NCBI GenBank assembly: GCA_030539155.1
Contig: JAUNSP010000001.1
Coordinates: 1,470-65,469, forward strand
From: Clostridia bacterium
GTDB lineage: Bacteria; Bacillota; Clostridia; TANB77; CAG-508
Direction: 5' to 3'
Length of the DNA: 64,000 nucleotides
This document shows, piece after piece, positions 28,227 through 37,196 of the stretch (position 1 is the stretch's first letter; each line of letters opens with the position of its first letter). Under the pieces are notes generated by a model that made no database searches, had not been told where the DNA came from, and saw only the letters and a list, made by a program, of their open reading frames with translations. The translations under genes and the position numbers were made by a program.

Positions 28227-29408
28227 TTAATTTTCTTCTTTTAATTCTTTAAATGTTAATAATTTATCTCTGTAATATTCATATTGCTTTTGTCTTGCTT
28301 CTATTTCAGCAGGTAAACCTTCTGAAATGTTATTTGTTAACTCATAAAATTTTTCCAATATGTTTGCAATCTTCTCTTGTTTATCTAATGTAGGAATTGG
28401 AATCACTATTTCTTTTAGTGCTGGGACACTAGAATGAACTACTTTGCTTTTTACTTTCCCCTTACTTTTTTGCATTTGAGCATTAGTTGTTGATAGTACA
28501 TAGGCTAAATATTTCGGATTCTGTTTATGTTTCATCACAACAATATCGCCACCTGCTAAGCACTTATTTTGTCCTAGATATACTATGGACTTTCCTATTT
28601 CTTCAACACTTTCACCTGTTATTGCAAACAATACATCTCCATATTCAAAATATTTTTTTGATTTTATTTTATTTATATCAGTATGTGATATGCAATTATC
28701 AAAAGTTATATTATATGATGTATATATTTCTCCATATCTAACACAATCAATTCCATCCTCTGTTACTTCATCTCTTTTGATTCCTGCTCCTCTATACATA
28801 TCTGTTGCAATTTCATCTAAACTTTTATATTCAACATCTTCATTTTCAAATTTTAAAATTTCATTTCTATAATATTCATATTGTTTTTGTCTAGCTTTCA
28901 GCTCTGCTGAAAGCTCTGTAAAATCGTCTAAAATACGGACAATTTCGCATTGTACTTCCAATGGAGGTACAGGCACAGTTAATTGAGAATATATACTTAT
29001 CCAATGTCTTGTGTGTGTTCCTGGCTCAAATTTAATGCAAGACATTGCATAATAAATATATCTAAAATTAACATTTTCATTTATAGGTCTAAGTATTTTC
29101 ATTGCTGAAGATTTAACTTTAAAACCAAAATCCACCCAATGGAAGCCTGTAGTAAAATCATCAAATATAATAGTCGGTTCTTTTTTACTAGCAATATAAA
29201 TTCCGTTTGTTTCGTTTGTGTAACCTAATATGAATGTTTGTCCAGCCGTTAATACTGGTATATCGTATGAATCATCATATTTAGTGGATTTAACAATATA
29301 CTTAGTTGGCTGTTCATATTTTAAGCAACTTTCCAATTTCTTATATTCGACTCCATTCGGACATAATCGCTCAATTAATTCTTCTAATTTGCTCATATTA
29401 CACCTCAA
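28227..29408 (-). CDS. hsdS: Type I restriction-modification specificity subunit (two TRDs); likely start at MSKLEEL (29396)
   Basis: A 393-aa protein with two target-recognition halves separated and followed by the conserved repeat EIARQKQYEYYRNEIL / EIEARQKQYEYYRDKLL. It overlaps the hsdM stop. Confidence 0.85.
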   Translation of the reverse strand: MRCNMSKLEELIERLCPNGVEYKKLESCLKYEQPTKYIVKSTKYDDSYDIPVLTAGQTFILGYTNETNGIYIASKKEPTIIFDDFTTGFHWVDFGFKVKSSAMKILRPINENVNFRYIYYAMSCIKFEPGTHTRHWISIYSQLTVPVPPLEVQCEIVRILDDFTELSAELKARQKQYEYYRNEILKFENEDVEYKSLDEIATDMYRGAGIKRDEVTEDGIDCVRYGEIYTSYNITFDNCISHTDINKIKSKKYFEYGDVLFAITGESVEEIGKSIVYLGQNKCLAGGDIVVMKHKQNPKYLAYVLSTTNAQMQKSKGKVKSKVVHSSVPALKEIVIPIPTLDKQEKIANILEKFYELTNNISEGLPAEIEARQKQYEYYRDKLLTFKELKEEN

Positions 29409-30951
29409 TTTCTGAAATTATTTTACTAATTTCGTCACGAAGTACTTGCTCTCTTGCAACTATTGTTTCAATTTCTTTGTTTAATTCTACAATGTCAATT
29501 TTTTCTCTTGTATCTTCTTGTTCAACATAAGTTGATACAGATAAATTATAGTCATTTTCTTCTATCTCTTTATTTGAAACAAGTTTAGATACATATTCTT
29601 TATCTTGTCTATCTGCAAATATTTTAACAATATTTTCTATATTTTCATCTGTTAATTTATTGTTGTTTGTAACTTTTACACATTCATTTGTTGCATCTAT
29701 AAATAATGTACTATTATCTTTTTTACTCTTTTTTAATACCATTATACAAGTTGCAATAGATGTACCAAAGAATAAGTTTCCTGGCAATTGAATTATGCTA
29801 TCTACGAAGTTATTATCTATCAAATATTTTCTGATTTTTTGTTCTGCTCCACCTCTATATAAAATTCCTGGGAAACAAACAATTGATGCAGTTCCATTTG
29901 TTGCTAACCAAGATAAAGAGTGCATTATAAATGCAAAATCTGCTTTTGATTTTGGTGCTAATACTCCTGCTGGAGAATATCTTGGGTCATTAATTAAAAG
30001 TGCATTATCATCTCCTGCCCATTTTATTGAATATGGAGGATTAGACACTATAACCTCAAAAGGCTCATCATCCCAATGTTGTGGTGTAAGTAATGTATCT
30101 TCACAAGCTATATCAAATTTATCATATCCTATATCGTGTAAAAACATATTTATCCTGCATAAGTTATAAGTAGTAATATTTATTTCTTGTCCATAGAAAC
30201 CATTTCTAACATTTTCTTTTCCAAGTATTTTAGATGCTTTTAATAAAAGTGAGCCAGATCCACAAGCTGGGTCATACACTTTGTTTACTGATGTTTTTCC
30301 TACTATTGCAAGTTTAGTTAAAAGTTCACTAACTTCTTGTGGTGTATAAAATTCTCCACCAGACTTACCTGCATTAGAAGCATACATACTCATTAAAAAT
30401 TCATAAGCATCTCCAAAAGCATCAATTTTGTTATCTTGATAATTTCCAAGAGGAATATTGGCAATTCCATCTAATATTTTAACTAATTTTTCATTTCTCT
30501 TTGCAACTGTTGCTCCTAATTTATTACTATTAACATCTATATCAGCAAATAAACCATAAAAGTCATCCTCGCTTTCTGCTCCTTTTGCTGAGTTTTCAAT
30601 GCTATTAAATACTTTTTCTAATGTTTCATTCAAGTTTTCATCATTTTTTGCTCTTTGACAAATATTACAAAACAATTCAGATGGCAATATAAAAAATCCT
30701 TTTTCTTTTACTAAACTTGTTCTTTCTGATTCTGCCATTTCATCTGATATTTTTGAATAATCAAATTCTTTATCTCCAGCTTTTCTTTCTCCATCATTTA
30801 TATATTTAGTAATGTTTTCTGATATGTATCTATAAAACATTATTCCTAATATGTATTGTTTGAAATCCCACCCATCTACTGAGCCTCTTAAATCATCTGC
30901 TATTGACCATATTGCTTTATGTATTTCTTCTCTTTCTCTTGAATTATTCAT
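29398..30951 (-). CDS. hsdM: Type I restriction-modification N6-adenine DNA methyltransferase subunit
   Basis: A 517-aa protein with HsdM N-domain, AdoMet motif I (DPACGSGSLL) and motif IV NPPYS. Confidence 0.9.
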   Translation of the reverse strand: MNNSREREEIHKAIWSIADDLRGSVDGWDFKQYILGIMFYRYISENITKYINDGERKAGDKEFDYSKISDEMAESERTSLVKEKGFFILPSELFCNICQRAKNDENLNETLEKVFNSIENSAKGAESEDDFYGLFADIDVNSNKLGATVAKRNEKLVKILDGIANIPLGNYQDNKIDAFGDAYEFLMSMYASNAGKSGGEFYTPQEVSELLTKLAIVGKTSVNKVYDPACGSGSLLLKASKILGKENVRNGFYGQEINITTYNLCRINMFLHDIGYDKFDIACEDTLLTPQHWDDEPFEVIVSNPPYSIKWAGDDNALLINDPRYSPAGVLAPKSKADFAFIMHSLSWLATNGTASIVCFPGILYRGGAEQKIRKYLIDNNFVDSIIQLPGNLFFGTSIATCIMVLKKSKKDNSTLFIDATNECVKVTNNNKLTDENIENIVKIFADRQDKEYVSKLVSNKEIEENDYNLSVSTYVEQEDTREKIDIVELNKEIETIVAREQVLRDEISKIISEIEV

Positions 30952-30963
30952 TTTTATTTCCTT

Positions 30964-31149
30964 TCATTTCTTTAATTTCTTATAATCTATATGATTTTTT
31001 GCACTTTGCCCATTACCTAATGAATTATGATGTTTTAAAACATTTTGAGATATTTCATCAATATTTTTAATGTTATATTTTATTATAATGTTTCTAAATT
31101 CATCTAACGACTTTGCTTTTAAAAGTTCATTTTCAATATTCTTATTCAT
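30964..31149 (-). CDS. hypothetical small protein (61 aa)
   Basis: An ORF upstream of hsdM on the same strand. Confidence 0.35.
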   Translation of the reverse strand: MNKNIENELLKAKSLDEFRNIIIKYNIKNIDEISQNVLKHHNSLGNGQSAKNHIDYKKLKK

Positions 31150-31160
31150 ACAATAATCCT

Positions 31161-31373
31161 CTATAAACTATTTTTCAAACATAATCCTAATAGTTCCATT
31201 TCAACTTCAACTTTATTATATTCATTGGCTGTTAATCCAATATTTTTTAAGTCAGTTTTTGATTTTCTTGCTAATTGTTTTATTATTGTAATTTTATTTT
31301 CTTTTAGCTTTTCTATTGTCTTGCAACTTATATCCAATCTGTCTATACTTTGCTCTTTTATTTTATCTTCCAC
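31161..31373 (-). CDS. small helix-hairpin-helix protein resembling the RNA polymerase alpha C-terminal domain
   Basis: A 70-aa protein. IDRLDISCKTIEKLKENKITIIKQLARKSKTDLKNIGLTANEYNKVEVEMELLGL follows the alpha-CTD HhH pattern (LxLSxRxxNxLK...xxGxLxxxxxxxLxxIxNxGxKS). Confidence 0.4.
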   Translation of the reverse strand: MEDKIKEQSIDRLDISCKTIEKLKENKITIIKQLARKSKTDLKNIGLTANEYNKVEVEMELLGLCLKNSL

Positions 31374-31387
31374 TTTTATTACATCCC

Positions 31388-31636
31388 TTATTCTAATTTT
31401 GATTTCAATTCATTTATTTTCTCTTTTGTAATATGTGAATAACAAGCTACTGCTCTCATATAAAAACTAAAATTATCAATATTTAATTTTTTCATATTTT
31501 CATCTATAAGCTCTAATTCTTCATCTGTAAAACATAGTTGTTTTCTATTTTTTCTCTTTCTACTATTTTCCCTCACTATATTTTCATCATAACTGTATGG
31601 TCTATTGCTTTTTATATTATCTTCCAATATATACAC
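31388..31636 (-). CDS. small putative ribbon-helix-helix DNA-binding protein
   Basis: An 82-aa protein. ...RKRKNRKQLCFTDEELELIDENMKKLNIDNFSFYMRAVACY fits a basic N-terminal beta-strand followed by two helices. Confidence 0.4.
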   Translation of the reverse strand: MYILEDNIKSNRPYSYDENIVRENSRKRKNRKQLCFTDEELELIDENMKKLNIDNFSFYMRAVACYSHITKEKINELKSKLE

Positions 31637-31669
31637 CTCATCACTTTTTGTCTAATCTTATCATAAAAT

Positions 31670-31717
31670 GCAAAAAAAATAAAGGTACATAGAAACTAAA
31701 TTTCCATATACCTTTTT
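31670..31717 (-). terminator. rho-independent terminator downstream of the sortase B operon (copy 1 of a duplicated 48-bp module)
   Basis: In minus orientation the hairpin aaaaaggtatatggaaatttagtttctatgtaccttt is followed by tttattttttttgc. It is near-identical to 38474..38522. Confidence 0.6.
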
Positions 31718-31738
31718 GACTTAAAATGAATTTTTTTA

Positions 31739-32518
31739 TTATTTTACTAACTTTGAATGTAACACTACCCTATATTTATTATCATTAGCACAAGTAGAAA
31801 GTGTTAAAATGCTATCGGCACTATTTACATCAACATTAAAATCGTAAACACTTCTATTTTTTGCATTTTCAATATAATTCATAAATTCTTCATCTAAATT
31901 GAAATTTATTGTGGTATCATAATTATCTTTTTCAATTTGATATACTGCAAAAACTTGATATTCAAATTGACCTTGCTCGGTTATAAAAATCACTTTTCTA
32001 TTTTCTTGATTTTCATACCAAGATTTATTTAAAATATTTTTAAGTGTTGCAAACATACTACCATCTCTGCGATTATGTCCATATACTATTATATTTCTAT
32101 CCGTTCCATCTATTTTATTTCTATAATCTGCAAATACCCAACCTGCCCCATTTAATGACTTATCAAAACTATGCGTCAAATAAAAATCATTATCATTTTT
32201 CTTTACAACTGGATATTCTATGTCAGTCCCATTTACTTTAATCCAAGCTACTGTATCTGAATTAGTTGCTTTTAATTGTTCAAAGTCTATCTTATAACTT
32301 TTATCTTTACTTTCAGTATTTGAATCTTCGTTGTTATCTTCAACTGTTACAGCATTTGAAATTTCATCGATTAGTGTTTCAGTATCTTTGTTGTTTTTTA
32401 TCCAAGTTATTATGTTATATACACAAATAATAATGCTTATAAAAAAAACAATAAGTATTATGTTTAAGATTATTTTCTTCTTTTTTGTATTTTCTTTCTT
32501 GTGTTTTGATTTTCTCAT
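31739..32518 (-). CDS. srtB: class B sortase
   Basis: A 259-aa protein with an N-terminal TM anchor, catalytic His (VYGHN), TLSTC active-site Cys and a C-terminal Arg region. The adjacent substrate carries NPKTG. Confidence 0.8.
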   Translation of the reverse strand: MRKSKHKKENTKKKKIILNIILIVFFISIIICVYNIITWIKNNKDTETLIDEISNAVTVEDNNEDSNTESKDKSYKIDFEQLKATNSDTVAWIKVNGTDIEYPVVKKNDNDFYLTHSFDKSLNGAGWVFADYRNKIDGTDRNIIVYGHNRRDGSMFATLKNILNKSWYENQENRKVIFITEQGQFEYQVFAVYQIEKDNYDTTINFNLDEEFMNYIENAKNRSVYDFNVDVNSADSILTLSTCANDNKYRVVLHSKLVK

Positions 32519-32579
32519 ATATACATCTTTCCTTTTTGATAAAAATAGGCTAGAACAAAATTCTAACCTATTTTATATT

Positions 32580-33152
32580 TTAATGCTTATTTACTTTGTC
32601 CAATTTTTTCTTTTTTATTATTATACCAAATGCTCCCAATAATGCAATTGCTAATATTACAAAATAAAGAACTATGTTATCTCCTGTTTTGGGATTTGAA
32701 GTATTATCATTAGAAGTTTGTGTATTATCTTCAATAATGTTTTCACTAGTATTGTTAGTTACTTGATTTTCAGTTGTTTCGTTTTTATTTGTTTCATTCT
32801 CTATCGTTGTTTCTTTTGCTTTAACTGTAACAGTTGTGTTCATATAATTACCACCATTATAGTCTGCTACTCTAATGCTATATGTTCCATCTGCAAAACT
32901 ATAATTTAATTCACAAGAATAATTTTGATTATTATCTACATTGCAAGTTTCCATATATATTAAGTTTTCATCAGAATAAACTAATATTGCAACAGCTAAA
33001 ACATCTACATTGGCTTTTCCTGATACTGTTACTTTATTTTTTGAAGGTGTTGCATTAACTGTTGAAATATTTCCTGCAAAAACTGAAGATGATAACATTA
33101 AAAGCACAAACATTGTTAAAAGTGAAACTGCTATTATTTTTATATTTTTCAT
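32580..33152 (-). CDS. cell-wall-anchored surface protein with NPKTG sorting signal (sortase B substrate)
   Basis: A 190-aa protein with a signal peptide, N/T-rich region, and NPKTGD followed by a hydrophobic helix and the basic tail KKKKLDKVNKH. Confidence 0.75.
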   Translation of the reverse strand: MKNIKIIAVSLLTMFVLLMLSSSVFAGNISTVNATPSKNKVTVSGKANVDVLAVAILVYSDENLIYMETCNVDNNQNYSCELNYSFADGTYSIRVADYNGGNYMNTTVTVKAKETTIENETNKNETTENQVTNNTSENIIEDNTQTSNDNTSNPKTGDNIVLYFVILAIALLGAFGIIIKKKKLDKVNKH

Positions 33153-33162
33153 ATTCTTCCTC

Positions 33163-34692
33163 CTATTTATTATTTATCCATTCAACACCAGCACCTGCAC
33201 CAAATGTTGCTCCACTAAATGTTATTTTATTAGTTGTCGCACCTTTTTTTACTGCTGTTACAGATACTGATTTAGGAGCTTCTTCTCCTACGTCCTTCCA
33301 TAAAATATAATCAGATCCACTTATATTTCCACTACTATTATGAACATCCCCAACAGCTTGAGCTATTGTAGTTTTTATACTTCCATCTTTATAAGTAGCA
33401 TTTACAATTAAATCATAATCATTACAAGTAGTTGTATCCTCGTGATAGAAAACTGCTGCTATTCTATATTTATCAGTATCAACATTAAGATTTCCATCTA
33501 CATTAGCAAATGCTCCGTGATAAAATGTATTATTACCTGCATTTACATCTCCAATAAATATACCTATTCTATTAATTGTAATATATCCAATTGTGCCATC
33601 TTCTAATTTAATTTGTACAGGAATTTCATTATAATAATTTGATAAAATAGTTATTTTACCTGTTTCACTATTTATACTTACTGCTGAACTTGGAACTTTG
33701 TCATCTGCTAGTTTAATCTCTGATATTTTACTAGATGTTATAGAAGATAAACTAATTGTGTTTTCTCCATAATAAGCTGTTACTTTCCCTGGATTACTTT
33801 TTGTTGTAGCACTTAAATCAGCACCATTCCAAATTGTAAAATCATAATTATCTGGCATAACATTTGTAGAAACTTCTACACCTTTGAATCCAGATTTTAC
33901 AAAAGTAATTCCTGTGATGTAAAATCCAAAGTAATCTTCTTTTGTTTTATCTTGTGCAATATCTTTATCTAATAAGTCATTACTATGTGCCTCAATTCTA
34001 ATATTTGCATAATTATCACTTTTTTTATCAAAGTGAGTTTCAAAAATATGTCTGTTTTCACTATCTAATAAAGCATATGAATATTCATTTGCAGCATATG
34101 TATATGTTTTATCATCTCCTATGGCAATTTTAGTAACATAGAATTCTGTTATATTATCCATATTAAAACTGTCTGGTACTGCAAGTTGTTCTCCTATAGA
34201 TACATTAGTAAATGATTTTCCATTAAACGTAAAGTCAAATTTCATTGCTTCAATAGGTGGTTCTTCTGGTCCAGGACCTCCTGGATTAGGATTGGTTAAA
34301 TTTTCAATTTTAAATTCAAGTGATGAAGTACTATTGAAAGCATCTGTTTGGGTTATAACACTACCACTATTTTTTACATTCATCAAATCATAATGAAAAT
34401 CTAATTTAAAACTTGTCCCTACTGGTATTTTTACTGTTGCTCCATTATTTAATACATTTATTTCTGCATCAATTGTAGTAGTATTTGAGATATCAACAAA
34501 AGTAATAACATCATTTCCTCCATTTGGCGTTCTTACTCTTAACATATTGTTATCTGCTTCAAGTGTAAACCCATTTTCAGCAGATATAGTAATAGTATAT
34601 GTATTTTCTGCAAAAACATTTGTAGGAATAAAAGCTATGCACATACATAAAATAAGCATTATTGCTAAAATTCTTTTCTTTATCATTAACAT
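33163..34692 (-). CDS. secreted surface/adhesin-like protein (509 aa), no sorting signal
   Basis: Signal peptide MLMIKKRILAIMLILCMCIAFIPTNVFA and beta-rich T/S/N-rich sequence. It is the first gene of the operon with the NPKTG protein and srtB. Confidence 0.6.
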   Translation of the reverse strand: MLMIKKRILAIMLILCMCIAFIPTNVFAENTYTITISAENGFTLEADNNMLRVRTPNGGNDVITFVDISNTTTIDAEINVLNNGATVKIPVGTSFKLDFHYDLMNVKNSGSVITQTDAFNSTSSLEFKIENLTNPNPGGPGPEEPPIEAMKFDFTFNGKSFTNVSIGEQLAVPDSFNMDNITEFYVTKIAIGDDKTYTYAANEYSYALLDSENRHIFETHFDKKSDNYANIRIEAHSNDLLDKDIAQDKTKEDYFGFYITGITFVKSGFKGVEVSTNVMPDNYDFTIWNGADLSATTKSNPGKVTAYYGENTISLSSITSSKISEIKLADDKVPSSAVSINSETGKITILSNYYNEIPVQIKLEDGTIGYITINRIGIFIGDVNAGNNTFYHGAFANVDGNLNVDTDKYRIAAVFYHEDTTTCNDYDLIVNATYKDGSIKTTIAQAVGDVHNSSGNISGSDYILWKDVGEEAPKSVSVTAVKKGATTNKITFSGATFGAGAGVEWINNK

Positions 34693-34821
34693 TTCCTCCT
34701 AAATTTTTTCTTTATTTTAAAATATAAAAAACATCTATACTGTTTTAATTATTTATCCCCTCCTCTTATGTAAAAAATTAATATTTTTGACTATTATATA
34801 TGTTTATTATAATTAAATAAA

Positions 34822-34846
34822 CATATATTTCGCATTTGTCATTGAC
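34822..34846 (-). promoter_or_regulatory. conserved upstream cis-element, copy 1 (GTCAATGACAAATGCGAAATATATG on minus; contains the palindrome TGTCAtTGAC)
   Basis: A 25-mer that is 22/25 identical to the site at 38429..38453. It lies about 45-70 nt upstream of TATAAT hexamers for the minus-strand operon starting at 34692, in the divergent region shared with the regulator gene at 34912. Confidence 0.5.
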
Positions 34847-34911
34847 TTTTTGGGAATTGATTTTATTTTTAATATATGCTATTTTATAATATAGTAATAT
34901 AGAACAATGAA

Positions 34912-36657
34912 ATGAGAGGTTTTACTATGAATTTTAATGAAGAATTAAACAATTATTTAAAAATTTTAAATTGCAGTTCAAAAGATTTATCCATTGCATC
35001 TGGTTTATCTCCTGCAACAATTAGCAGATATAGAAATACTGACAGAGTCCCAATTTACAATAGTTCTCATATAGAGAAACTTGCTATTGGCATTGAAAAA
35101 ATCGCAAAGGTAAAGAATATTAATACCATAACAAAAGATATTGTTTTAGAGAATCTAAAATCTACGTTATTAATGGGCAACTTAAACTTTGAACAATTAA
35201 GGAATAATTTTAATTTTTTAATTGATACTCTTGAAATAAATGTTTCAGAAATGGCAAAAGCATTAAGTTTTGATCCTTCTTATTTTTCAAGAATTCGAAC
35301 AGGAAAAAGAACTCCTGCAAACCCAGAAGCATTTATAAATTCAGTTTGCAATTTTATTGCACATAAATATAATTCTACTGATGCTAAAAATTCAGTAGCA
35401 CTATTCTTAAATTGTTCATTAGAAGATATTTTAGATGAGTCATCCTATTATGAAAAATTACAAATAGCTTTGAGTCAAAATTCCTTAACAAATACTAACG
35501 AAATAGATATTTTTTTACAAAAGTTAGATGATTTTAATTTAAATGAATACATAAAAGCAATCCATTTTGATGAGTTAAAAGTTCCAAATGTTCCTTTTTA
35601 CAAGCATAGTTCTAAAACATATTATGGAACCGAAAAAATGAAACAAGCAGAATTAGATTTTTTTAAATCCACCGTACTCTCTAAATCTAATGAAGATGTT
35701 TTTATGTGTAGTGATATGCCTATGGAAGATATGGCTAAAGATGTCAAATTCAGCAAAAAATGGATGTTTGCAATTGCCATGACATTAAAAAAAGGATTAC
35801 ATATTAATATGATTCATAATCTTGATAGACCTTTTAACGAACTAATGTTAGGGCTTGAGAGTTGGATTCCAATATATATGACAGGACAAGTTTCTCCTTA
35901 TTATTTGACTAATTCTCAAAGTAATGTATGTTGTCAATTAAATTATGTTTCTGGAAAATATGCACTTTGTGGAGAATGTATAAGAGGTTTTCATAATGAT
36001 GGAAAATATTATCTAACAGGAAATATGGATGAAGTATCTTATTATAAAAACAAAGCTAAACTTATATTAGGCAAAGCTAATTTCTTAATGAATATTTATA
36101 CAAATGCCAATGAAAATCTTTTTAAAACTTTTATATTTAATTATTCAAAATTAGAAGGTCACAGAAAAAGGTTTCTTGCTTCGCTTCCTATTGCAACAAT
36201 TTCTGAAGAATTACTTTTAAAGATTTTAAAAAGAAATCAATTATCTGAAAAAGAAATTTCTAATATTTTAAAGAATGTACAACAACAAAAAGAAATTATA
36301 AATACAATACTAAAAAACAATACCATATTTGATAAAATACCTAAATTGTCAATAGAAGATTTTGATAATTCTAAAATAAATCTTTTTTTAGCAACTACTT
36401 TTTGTGATAAACAAATCTCATACACTTATGAAGAATATTTAGAGCATTTAGATTTGACTGAAAAATTTTCAAAAAAAACTAAAAATTATAGTTATGAAAT
36501 TAATCCAAACAATACTTTTAGAAACATTCAAGTTACTATTTTAAAAGATAATTGTGTAATTATTTCTAAAAATCTTGAGCCATCAATTCATTTCGTAATC
36601 AAACACCCTAAACTACGAAATGCAATAGAAAATTTTATTGCTCCTGTTGTACAATAA
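34912..36657 (+). CDS. large transcriptional regulator with two tandem XRE-type HTH domains and a roughly 450-aa C-terminal domain of unknown function
   Basis: A 581-aa protein with HTH 1 LSIASGLSPATISRYRNTDRVP and HTH 2 VSEMAKALSFDPSYFSRIRTGKRTP. The probable start is MNFNEEL at 34927. Confidence 0.65.
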   Translation: MRGFTMNFNEELNNYLKILNCSSKDLSIASGLSPATISRYRNTDRVPIYNSSHIEKLAIGIEKIAKVKNINTITKDIVLENLKSTLLMGNLNFEQLRNNFNFLIDTLEINVSEMAKALSFDPSYFSRIRTGKRTPANPEAFINSVCNFIAHKYNSTDAKNSVALFLNCSLEDILDESSYYEKLQIALSQNSLTNTNEIDIFLQKLDDFNLNEYIKAIHFDELKVPNVPFYKHSSKTYYGTEKMKQAELDFFKSTVLSKSNEDVFMCSDMPMEDMAKDVKFSKKWMFAIAMTLKKGLHINMIHNLDRPFNELMLGLESWIPIYMTGQVSPYYLTNSQSNVCCQLNYVSGKYALCGECIRGFHNDGKYYLTGNMDEVSYYKNKAKLILGKANFLMNIYTNANENLFKTFIFNYSKLEGHRKRFLASLPIATISEELLLKILKRNQLSEKEISNILKNVQQQKEIINTILKNNTIFDKIPKLSIEDFDNSKINLFLATTFCDKQISYTYEEYLEHLDLTEKFSKKTKNYSYEINPNNTFRNIQVTILKDNCVIISKNLEPSIHFVIKHPKLRNAIENFIAPVVQ

Positions 36658-36704
36658 AAACTTAAAGTCTGTAAGCTTTTTTCTATTCATATTATTTTAT
36701 CGCT

Positions 36705-36745
36705 ATAAATAGAAAAATCTACCAATTAAATCAGTAGATTTTTCT
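36705..36745. terminator. bidirectional terminator (14-bp perfect stem)
   Basis: atagaaaaatctac-caattaaatca-gtagatttttctat lies between convergent genes ending at 36657 (+) and 36744 (-). Confidence 0.65.
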
Positions 36746-37178
36746 ATTTATTCCAATTATCTGTTTTTGGTATTTCTATCTTCTTCAATTCATTATAATT
36801 TTCTGTTTCATAAGTTATATGATTATTATAATAAAAATTGCTATGAAATGAATATATTTTTTGTATTCCATTATTTATATCAAAAATGTATTCTCTAGAA
36901 CAATCTAGCACATTTATATCTGCTTCTCTGCCTATTCTTATATTATTTAAAGCATTATATATATTATGTATAATATGTATATTATCTGTTTTATAATATA
37001 AAAATCCTCCTTCTGTTTCTTCTATCATTCTCACAGAAATAATATTATTTACTTCTATTGTTAAAAGTTTGTTGTCATTTAATTCAAAAATATTTGTTTC
37101 CTTTTTATATTTTAAAATAATTCCAACTATACATATGATTAAAATTAATGTACTAGAACATAAGATTATCTTTTTCAC
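36744..37178 (-). CDS. hypothetical membrane-anchored protein (144 aa)
   Basis: An N-terminal signal/anchor (MKKIILCSSTLILIICIVGIIL) followed by a soluble domain, cotranscribed with 37197..38366. Confidence 0.5.
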   Translation of the reverse strand: MKKIILCSSTLILIICIVGIILKYKKETNIFELNDNKLLTIEVNNIISVRMIEETEGGFLYYKTDNIHIIHNIYNALNNIRIGREADINVLDCSREYIFDINNGIQKIYSFHSNFYYNNHITYETENYNELKKIEIPKTDNWNK

Positions 37179-37196
37179 AATAATCTCCCCCTAATT

